DNA of 55,882 nucleotides from a virus, in IMG/VR virus record IMGVR_UViG_3300045988_066911, positions 1-55,882 of that record; one strand, written 5' to 3'. The notes below the pieces were generated by a model, which ran no database searches, was not told where the DNA came from, and was given only the letters and a program-made list of their open reading frames with translations. Positions 17,077 through 22,975 of the stretch are shown piece by piece. How positions within the stretch are numbered: position 1 is the stretch's first letter; every line of letters starts with the position of its first letter. The translations under genes were made by a program, and so were the position numbers.

Positions 17077-17284
17077 GATCTCCACCTGTCGGCTGATCTT
17101 GGGCGATCTATTCCGGGGCCTGTCCGTGCTCGTGCTGATCGTTTGCGCTGATCTTTTGCGGATCGCTGGCATATTGCAAGAATTCCAGATATACCGCTGC
17201 GCCGGTTTGGGTGTCCTGATCTTCCGACATGCTCCGGCGATGGAATCCGGGCGCACTTCTCCGGGTGTCTGTCTTGCTGATCTT
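17077..17284. other. GC-rich, GATC-dense ORF-poor block with an iterated GCTGATCTT motif
   Basis: Eight GATC sites in about 205 bp. (G/C)CTGATC(T/G)T occurs at 17092, 17134, 17147, 17215 and 17276. A hand-counted 60-nt line is 60% G+C, which looks well above the rest of the genome. Confidence 0.8.
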
Positions 17285-17431
17285 GTCCGGGCGTGGTTGC
17301 AGAATTTCAAAGCGCACAAATTAAAGGCTATCACATGCGAATATTTGCACCTGTGAACGCGTAGAACGCCCACAGAGCCACGCAAACCATACAAAGCATA
17401 TAAACGCACGCTTATAGATATAATTAAGGAT

Positions 17432-17460
17432 ATAATATGCCTATTGTTTGGAATTGTCAA
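17432..17460 (-). promoter_or_regulatory. sigma-70-type promoter reading leftward into the GC-rich block
   Basis: On the minus strand: TTGACA (17455-17460), 17-nt spacer, TATTAT (17432-17437). Confidence 0.55.
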
Positions 17461-17464
17461 GGCA

Positions 17465-17490
17465 CGAAAAGAAGCCGGATAACTCCGGCT
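17465..17490 (-). terminator. intrinsic terminator of the 55-aa minus-strand gene
   Basis: Minus strand: AGCCGGA-GTTA-TCCGGCT followed by TCTTTTCG. Confidence 0.65.
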
Positions 17491-17656
17491 ATTGCTTTTC
17501 ATATTCTTTTATTGATTCATCAACGCGATCAAATGCGCGCATGATGTCCGCGTTCGCTTTGCTTCCGCTTATTTCTCCGCGTTTCAAAGCATCCAAGGAT
17601 GCTATAATATCCTTGTATTGCTTGTTTGCTTCTTTTAGCAATTTATCGCATTTCAT
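17489..17656 (-). CDS. hypothetical 55-aa helical protein
   Basis: Read manually: AAGGGGG RBS 8 nt upstream of the ATG; MKCDKLLKEANKQYKDIIASLDALKRGE... The + strand track ORF 17448..17678 is its antisense shadow. Confidence 0.55.
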   Translation of the reverse strand: MKCDKLLKEANKQYKDIIASLDALKRGEISGSKANADIMRAFDRVDESIKEYEKQ

Positions 17657-17694
17657 AATAAAACCCCCTTTATTTTAATATAACACGCCCAAAA

Positions 17695-17730
17695 AAGAGC
17701 GAAAACAACCGCCCGGAATCGAACCGGGCG
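17695..17730 (-). terminator. intrinsic terminator (7-bp GC stem with a T-arm-like TTCGATT loop)
   Basis: Minus strand: CGCCCGG-TTCGATT-CCGGGCG followed by GTTGTTTTCGCTCTTTTTT. Confidence 0.6.
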
Positions 17731-17746
17731 CAATGCTCCAAGGTTG

Positions 17747-17926
17747 CTATATTGCTTTTTTATATTCGTTTTCGCTGGCGTATTTTTCCAGGTTTTCCAA
17801 CGTGTCAAAAAATTTTACCGTGAATCCAACCGCCTTTGTAATTCTTTCTATCGAATATCTGCCAAAATCCCACAAACAAGCATAAAAAATCATGTTTCCT
17901 TTTTTCAATAAAAACAGTTTTTTCAT
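17747..17926 (-). CDS. hypothetical protein (59 aa)
   Basis: GGAGGTG RBS precedes MKKLFLLKK. The earlier track start lies inside that RBS. Confidence 0.55.
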   Translation of the reverse strand: MKKLFLLKKGNMIFYACLWDFGRYSIERITKAVGFTVKFFDTLENLEKYASENEYKKAI

Positions 17927-18016
17927 AGAAAACACCTCCATATTTCAATTATTCCCAATTCCGGGAAAAACCGCCGCCGGTATCGCTCCGGCGTGCATCC
18001 TCTGCGGCGGTTAGCT

Positions 18017-18286
18017 TTACAGATCTTTCTTTCTCTTTACATCCTTTACACTGTGCGGATATTCTCGCATCATCTGGAATGCTTTGAGGTTGTCGGCTGG
18101 TACTTCGTAGCCGTTAGCGCGGAGAAGATCGGCGGCAGTTTGTAAATATGCGTTTTCATAGCCGTATTTAATGCCGCTTTTTAACTCTTCACCGTTTACA
18201 ATAACAGTTGCCGTGTGATATGTGTTACCGTATGACTTCTGAAACCATCTTTTTCCAATAACTTCCAATGTGTTGATTTTTTTCAT
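18017..18286 (-). CDS. hypothetical protein (GKRWFQKSYGNTYH family)
   Basis: 89-aa ORF. I recognise the N-terminal RWF..(S/V).GNTYH motif from a recurrent small phage protein family of unknown function. Confidence 0.65.
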   Translation of the reverse strand: MKKINTLEVIGKRWFQKSYGNTYHTATVIVNGEELKSGIKYGYENAYLQTAADLLRANGYEVPADNLKAFQMMREYPHSVKDVKRKKDL

Positions 18287-18380
18287 AATCTTGTACCATT
18301 TCGGGAATTGTGCTATAATTCCCTTACCTTTCTTTTTTGATTGGTGGCGGCTGTGCTTGGTAGGCGTGCCGCCTTTTTTA

Positions 18381-18450
18381 GTCTGCCATCATCAGAGCCG
18401 GGAGACCATCCCACGGCTGACGCTCCAAGGTCGGAGCGTTTCGGCTAATC
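18381..18450 (-). ncRNA. candidate type II hammerhead ribozyme
   Basis: Minus strand: GCC-GAAA-[CGCUCC GACCUU GGAGCG]-UC / [AGCCG...CGGCU]-CUGAUGA-U-GGC. All core nucleotides are present (CUGAUGA, GAAA, A15.1-U16.1, GUC cleavage triplet). Stems I and III are closed by loops. Stem II is open and short (GGC/GCC) with one extra U after A9. Confidence 0.6.
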
Positions 18451-18573
18451 AATAAATTTTTCTAACTGTTCATCCGTCATTCTTTCAACTTCTTTTCTTG
18501 CTGTGATCGGTTCAATTCCTAATTCTCCGACCATGAAAGCAAATACCATATTTTCTAAAATAGATCTTTCCAT
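18445..18573 (-). CDS. hypothetical 42-aa protein
   Basis: Read manually: AAGGAGG RBS; MERSILENMVFAF... Its UAG stop lies in the 5' strand of hammerhead stem II. Confidence 0.45.
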   Translation of the reverse strand: MERSILENMVFAFMVGELGIEPITARKEVERMTDEQLEKFID

Positions 18574-18576
18574 GTC

Positions 18577-18690
18577 TTATGCCTCCTTTACTATGAAATC
18601 CTTTTCAGCTCTGCGCGCCTGCGCTGGTGTCATTGTTACGACTCCTATAATTGCCTGTGTTGTTTTGTCTGTGATCTTGTAATTTTTCAT
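18577..18690 (-). CDS. hypothetical 37-aa protein
   Basis: Read manually: AAAGGAAG RBS; MKNYKITDKTTQAIIGVV... Confidence 0.4.
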   Translation of the reverse strand: MKNYKITDKTTQAIIGVVTMTPAQARRAEKDFIVKEA

Positions 18691-18738
18691 ATTTGATTTC
18701 TTCCTTTCGTTTGGTGCTTGGTTTCTTAACTTGGTTAT

Positions 18739-18767
18739 AGTATAACGCTATCGTTATATTATTACAA
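18739..18767 (-). promoter_or_regulatory. promoter of the minus-strand small-gene operon
   Basis: Minus strand: TTGTAA-17 nt-TATACT. The spacer TAATATAACGATAGCGT is identical to the spacer of the + strand promoter at 19211. Confidence 0.6.
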
Positions 18768-18944
18768 GATGGAATAATGCATAAATATATAACGCTATCA
18801 TTATATATTCATTGTGCAATATGTATAAAGCTATCTTTATATGCTGTTTTCTTTCCATATTATATAGTGGCGTTATAATAACGATATCTTTATAAAAGCA
18901 TTGACATATATATATAGTAGCGTTATAATAACGATATCATTATA
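18741..18944. promoter_or_regulatory. array of five 18-bp palindromic operators (consensus TATAACG-N4-CGTTATA); a sixth lies at 19220-19237
   Basis: Sites at 18741-58, 18788-805, 18824-41, 18877-94 and 18927-44. There is also a direct repeat of about 35-50 bp (18861-18910 versus 18911-18960). Confidence 0.75.
18901..18929 (+). promoter_or_regulatory. consensus sigma-70 promoter for the RHH gene
   Basis: TTGACA (18901-06), 17 nt, TATAAT (18924-29). An operator overlaps the -10 box. Confidence 0.75.
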
Positions 18945-18962
18945 TAGGAAGGTGGCGTTATT

Positions 18963-19193
18963 ATGGCAACAAAGGCGCAAGCAAAAGCAACCGCTAAATA
19001 TGAAAAAAACGCATATTTCAAGGCTCTTGTAAGATTCAAAAAAGAAGACGAAGAGCGGATCAGAGCGGCAGCAGGAGAAAGCCTGAACGGATTTATAGTT
19101 AAATGTGTGCTTGACCACTTAGAAGATCAGCAAAAAATCACAGAAGATCAAGCGGATCAAGGCGATCCGGGGAAATGTCCGTTTATGGATTAA
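18963..19193 (+). CDS. ribbon-helix-helix (Arc/CopG-like) DNA-binding protein with acidic DQ-rich tail
   Basis: AKATAKYEKNAYFKALVRFKKEDEERIRAAAGESLNGFIVKCV is a typical RHH pattern; RBS AGGAAGGTGG. Confidence 0.65.
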   Translation: MATKAQAKATAKYEKNAYFKALVRFKKEDEERIRAAAGESLNGFIVKCVLDHLEDQQKITEDQADQGDPGKCPFMD

Positions 19194-19210
19194 AAAAGAT
19201 GGAAAAACTA

Positions 19211-19239
19211 TTGACATAATATAACGATAGCGTTATAAT
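19211..19239 (+). promoter_or_regulatory. consensus sigma-70 promoter with embedded operator
   Basis: TTGACA (19211-16), 17 nt, TATAAT (19234-39). The perfect palindrome TATAACGATAGCGTTATA lies at 19220-37. Confidence 0.75.
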
Positions 19240-19287
19240 AAGATCAAACAAAAACGAAAGGACGCCAGATGGCGAAGGGTGGAAAGT

Positions 19288-19485
19288 ATGAGAAACGATA
19301 TAACAAGAGATTTTGGCGGAGCAGAAGAAAAAGGACTTGCAGTATATTACAACGACGAAACAAGCGAATTTGAAATTGAGGCACCGACGGAAATTGTATC
19401 TATTTACGACAAGCAGAACGAAGCCGGAGACGGAAGCGACGGAACAGCAGCGGCAGAAGTCCAGAAATTTATTTATGAATTTTAG
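19288..19485 (+). CDS. hypothetical acidic protein
   Basis: GGTGGAAAG precedes ATG 19288. Confidence 0.5.
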   Translation: MRNDITRDFGGAEEKGLAVYYNDETSEFEIEAPTEIVSIYDKQNEAGDGSDGTAAAEVQKFIYEF

Positions 19486-19496
19486 GGGGTGCGTAT

Positions 19497-19946
19497 ATGC
19501 TAATTCATGCTATGTTTGTGTATAACAAGAAAACATTGATAGATAAGATTTTGTATAATGATATATTTAATTATTTAGATGATCAGGGCGAGCATATAAG
19601 CAAAGAAAAGCTATACGAACACGAAAAAGAGAATTGCCCGGATTTGGAGATTGATAATATCACTTATGATTTCGCTTTAAATCTCCGGCAGGCTCCTTGT
19701 TACAATTCGCATATATACGTTACAAGATCGCTGGCGGTCAGTTATATACCGTACTGTATTATGCCGATGCAACGGCGATTATATAAAAGCCGTGAAAACG
19801 GATCAGGCGGCGCGAATATTTATAGTATATCTTCTAAATATGTGCATGATTTTTCCCCGGAAGAGTTCAAAGATCACTATATAGAATCGGACAGATGCGA
19901 CATGATAACATTTAGGCAGGCGCTATTAGACCAATGGCACATATAA
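19497..19946 (+). CDS. hypothetical protein
   Basis: GGGGG RBS; 149 aa; no motif recognised. Confidence 0.6.
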   Translation: MLIHAMFVYNKKTLIDKILYNDIFNYLDDQGEHISKEKLYEHEKENCPDLEIDNITYDFALNLRQAPCYNSHIYVTRSLAVSYIPYCIMPMQRRLYKSRENGSGGANIYSISSKYVHDFSPEEFKDHYIESDRCDMITFRQALLDQWHI

Positions 19947-20100
19947 CACAAAAGGCACCAAACAAGGCGCCTTTTCCAATGTGGTTAGATTGTGTAAATA
20001 AATTGAATAGATTTATTCAACATTCCAATATGGTTACATCGTGTTTATAATATACACTTATATTATTTATATGTCAATGATTAAATTATAATATATTATA

Positions 20101-20130
20101 TTGACACTATGCATTATATAGCGCTATAAT
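20101..20130 (+). promoter_or_regulatory. near-consensus promoter in an ORF-free AT-rich region
   Basis: TTGACA (20101-06), 18 nt, TATAAT (20125-30). Confidence 0.55.
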
Positions 20131-20136
20131 ATACAT

Positions 20137-20220
20137 GTTTTATATTAAAGGGTTATAGTTCCCTTTTATATTCTTGGTATGTTACAACGACAGGAAAGCG
20201 GCTTTCATAGTCGCTTTTTT
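20137..20220 (+). ncRNA. candidate small RNA of about 85 nt (two hairpins, each followed by a T-run)
   Basis: AAAGGG-8 nt-CCCTTTT at 20147-20167 and AAAGCG-11 nt-CGCTTTTTT at 20195-20220. No ORF longer than 7 codons. Confidence 0.35.
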
Positions 20221-20287
20221 GTTGTATGCCTGATAGGTATATAAAATCCATATATACAAGATATAGAGCCTATACACCCATAGATTA

Positions 20288-20316
20288 TTGACATATTCAA
20301 GATATAGTGGTATAGT
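20288..20316 (+). promoter_or_regulatory. promoter upstream of a structured leader
   Basis: TTGACA (20288-93), 17 nt, TATAGT (20311-16). Confidence 0.6.
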
Positions 20317-20415
20317 ATAGCCAATTTATAAAGCTTGTATATCTGCTATGTACAGATGCGCCCGGAGTACATAAGCAGCCAAGCCAAGGCAAGAGGGCGC
20401 AAACAGGAAACTTTC

Positions 20416-20445
20416 GCCGGTTAGATCAGTCTAGCCGGCTTTTTT
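20416..20445 (+). terminator. strong intrinsic terminator about 30 nt upstream of the TerS-like start codon
   Basis: GCCGGTTAGA-TCAG-TCTAGCCGGC (10-bp stem) followed by TTTTTT. Confidence 0.75.
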
Positions 20446-20477
20446 ATTTGCCAAAGATCAGGAAGGAAGGCGCGAAC

Positions 20478-21140
20478 ATGGAACAGGTCGAACAGGTACA
20501 GGGCATAGAAACCTTTGAAAATGATATAGCTATGTATTTGCGTATCTTTTGCGAAGAACAAGAGATTGAGGACATGCGCGCCGCTTCTCAGTCTGTATAT
20601 AACGCATGCCTTAGATATATCCAACGCCATGTATTTAGAGATAAAGATATATTAAGAGATAAGAGCAATATATATAATATAAATAATAATATTATGAGTA
20701 ACTATAATAGATATAATTATGATCTATTAAATGATATATGTGATTATTATATATATATGTCTATGTTATATGATAAAGAAGTATCTATTATGGGTTTTAG
20801 TAATCTTACTGGTATAGATAATGATACAGTGACTACATGGAATAAAGCGGATCGGCTAAGCTCCTCGAGTATGAGGATATACAAAAAACTTTGTGAAAAT
20901 CGCGAAGAATCGCTTTCCAATAAGCTTGTAACGGGTAACAAGAACCCTGTGGGCGTAATAGCTGTATTAAATCGTCAATTCGGCTGGGCTTCTCCATATA
21001 CGAGCGATTCCAACAGGCAACAGCAACCGCTTACAGCTGCACAGCTTCCAAGATTAGATATACAACCACAAGATATAGCACAGATAGAAGAAAAACCACA
21101 AGATATAGTGATTGATAATGTAAAAGCAGAGTGTACTTAG
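20478..21140 (+). CDS. putative terminase small subunit
   Basis: AGGAAGGAAGG RBS. The C-terminal NKNPVGVIAVLNRQFGWASP motif resembles the conserved C-terminal region of TerS proteins. The central segment is AT-rich and low-complexity. Confidence 0.4.
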   Translation: MEQVEQVQGIETFENDIAMYLRIFCEEQEIEDMRAASQSVYNACLRYIQRHVFRDKDILRDKSNIYNINNNIMSNYNRYNYDLLNDICDYYIYMSMLYDKEVSIMGFSNLTGIDNDTVTTWNKADRLSSSSMRIYKKLCENREESLSNKLVTGNKNPVGVIAVLNRQFGWASPYTSDSNRQQQPLTAAQLPRLDIQPQDIAQIEEKPQDIVIDNVKAECT

Positions 21141-21441
21141 TTTTTACACCCGATTTTATTCAATTATTTGTGCAATTTGACGATAGAAAAACGGCAGTAG
21201 ATCAGCTCCAACAGATCAGCCGGCAGGGGGGGGTGGGGGTTTGACAGGACCAGGAAAACACCTCTACTAAGCACCCCAAACATTTTTCAAAACAAAAAGC
21301 CCTATTATATATAATATAAATATATATAACCATTACACATACACATATAATAAATAATTAAATTATATAAATGTAATGCATATATGATTGTTATATATAA
21401 GGGTTTTACAGATAACGGATATATAGTTATGTGAGGTATAT

Positions 21442-21720
21442 ATGGGATATTTAAGTAAAATATCTGAAAAATGCACAAAATGTCCTTATGTAGATAACTG
21501 TAAGGATAAAAGAATGGAAGCTTGTGCATATATGGACAACTTAGAAAAGGAATTGAATAAAGCAACAAGCGAATTGATTAGTCAAAATCCGATGATGGAT
21601 GCTGCAATGCCTATTTCTCGCGAACGAGTTTTAAGCAATTTAAGTCAATTCGTGTATAAGGACGAATTAGAAAAGGCATTATATAGTCAATTATACGATT
21701 TCCTTAGAATCGCAACGTAA
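21442..21720 (+). CDS. hypothetical protein
   Basis: GAGG RBS; 92 aa. Confidence 0.55.
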   Translation: MGYLSKISEKCTKCPYVDNCKDKRMEACAYMDNLEKELNKATSELISQNPMMDAAMPISRERVLSNLSQFVYKDELEKALYSQLYDFLRIAT

Positions 21721-21818
21721 AAGGAGTGAATAACCATGAATGAGGGCTACGGAACAGCATTTTGATTTCTAAAAATTTTTCAAAAAATAAAAAGGGTTGA
21801 TTTAATGGGAGATTAAAG

Positions 21819-22235
21819 ATGAAATTATTTTCTAAGCGTAAAAATAAAAATTCAGAAATTGAAAATCGAGAAGTACGAGACAACAAAGAGACTGAACCTC
21901 GTACAACTATTATTCACTCACAACGCATTTGCAAGGGACTTCTTTACAGTACAGAAGATTCAGAGTTAGTTGTTTGTTGGAAACATTCGGATTCTTGTGA
22001 AGAAGAAAAATCTGCATTATTCAGAACCAAAAACGGAAGATGGTTTCGTTGTTTACAAAAAACAAAGAAATATGTGAGCTTCGACCTTGATATATGCAAA
22101 TACATTGTTTATGAAAAAACGATTAGTTATTCAAATATTATTCCAATCAACGAAGATTATGCAAAAAGAACAGTCGGCGATTATGACGTTCAGAAGTATC
22201 TGGAGCTGTGGGGAGACGAGGTAGAAGAAGCATGA
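21819..22235 (+). CDS. hypothetical protein
   Basis: GGAG RBS; 138 aa. Confidence 0.55.
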   Translation: MKLFSKRKNKNSEIENREVRDNKETEPRTTIIHSQRICKGLLYSTEDSELVVCWKHSDSCEEEKSALFRTKNGRWFRCLQKTKKYVSFDLDICKYIVYEKTISYSNIIPINEDYAKRTVGDYDVQKYLELWGDEVEEA

Positions 22236-22417
22236 TAACATATCGAGACATACGCCGGCTCCGTTCTACAGGATATAAGGTGTGCAGAATCACAGGCCGG
22301 ATTTACCTGGTATCTCTGTATTCGAGGCAGGAATACGATGGAAACCAGGTATCAGCGATTGCAAAGCGGATTTTATCTCACGTATACGCAATACGGATAG
22401 TTAAGAGGTGGATTTAA
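22232..22417 (+). CDS. hypothetical basic protein (61 aa)
   Basis: ATGA start/stop overlap with the upstream gene. Confidence 0.45.
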   Translation: MITYRDIRRLRSTGYKVCRITGRIYLVSLYSRQEYDGNQVSAIAKRILSHVYAIRIVKRWI

Positions 22418-22662
22418 TGAGCGAATGTGGAGTAATAACAAGAACTGTAACAGATAATGTCAATCATCCGTCGCATTATGAGACAGGAAAATTTGAGTGC
22501 ATCGACGTAATGATTGAAACACAAGGAAAAGAAGCTGTTATGGACTTCTGTATCTGTAACGCATTTAAGTACATATACAGGCATAACAACAAAAATGGCA
22601 TTGAAGATGTCAAAAAAGCAAAGTGGTATCTGGATAAATATATCGAATTGTCAGAAAAATAA
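22417..22662 (+). CDS. DUF3310-like protein
   Basis: HPSHY...ECIDV...NAFKYIYRHNNKNGIEDVKKAKWYL is the characteristic DUF3310 pattern. Confidence 0.7.
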   Translation: MSECGVITRTVTDNVNHPSHYETGKFECIDVMIETQGKEAVMDFCICNAFKYIYRHNNKNGIEDVKKAKWYLDKYIELSEK

Positions 22663-22680
22663 AAAAGCCGCGATTGCGAC

Positions 22681-22833
22681 TTAATTATTTTCAACATAAG
22701 ATTTCAGAATGTGTATCACGAGATTAGAAAGAGATCGACCTTGCTTTTTTGCAATTGCTTCCAGATCAACACGTAATTCACTTGGAACACGAACTGTTAT
22801 TTGAGCATCATTTTGCTTTTGCTTTTTAGCCAT
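22681..22833 (-). CDS. ribbon-helix-helix (CopG/Arc-like) regulator (50 aa)
   Basis: MAKKQKQNDAQITVRVPSELRVDLEAIAKKQGRSLSNLVIHIL; GGAGGTG RBS; divergent from the serine recombinase gene. Confidence 0.65.
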   Translation of the reverse strand: MAKKQKQNDAQITVRVPSELRVDLEAIAKKQGRSLSNLVIHILKSYVENN

Positions 22834-22883
22834 ATATTGCACCTCCATAAGCATAATATAACATAAACGGATAAATATTGCAA

Positions 22884-22922
22884 TGCAAAGCAATAAAAAG
22901 CACTGCAAAGCATTGCAAAGCA
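22884..22922. promoter_or_regulatory. three direct TGCAAAGCA repeats in the divergent intergenic region, with an extended -10 (TGGTATAAT) at 22932-22940
   Basis: TGCAAAGCA occurs at 22884, 22904 and 22914. This is a likely operator set for the adjacent RHH protein. Confidence 0.5.
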
Positions 22923-22975
22923 TTACATTTTATGGTATAATACCCATATCAATTAAAGATAAGGGGTGTGTATTT

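Noticed and set aside
17053-17502. Track ORFs in the GC-rich island: 149 aa minus strand, 93 aa plus strand and 69 aa minus strand.
   Set aside because: Three mutually overlapping ORFs on both strands, no Shine-Dalgarno sequences and Arg/Ser/Pro-rich nonsense-like products. Long open frames are expected by chance in a locally GC-rich segment. The 69-aa frame is also broken by an in-frame TAG.
17710-17730. A T-arm-like hairpin (CGCCCGG-TTCGATT-CCGGGCG on the minus strand), considered as a tRNA 3' fragment or attP core.
   Set aside because: No D arm or anticodon arm lies upstream, and the implied acceptor would start with ACAACCG. It sits exactly where a terminator for the 17747..17926 gene is expected and is followed by a T-rich run.
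18287-18380. The leader of the 89-aa minus-strand gene (hairpins GGCGGC...GCCGCC and GGGAATT...AATTCCC), considered as a known riboswitch.
   Set aside because: I could not match it to any riboswitch consensus I know (c-di-GMP, preQ1, ZTP, fluoride, SAM, guanidine). It is kept only as context for the hammerhead finding.
21305-21568. 87-aa minus-strand ORF in the AT-rich tract.
   Set aside because: The Tyr/Ile/Leu-only composition is produced by TATATA-type DNA. It has no RBS and overlaps the well-supported + strand gene at 21442.
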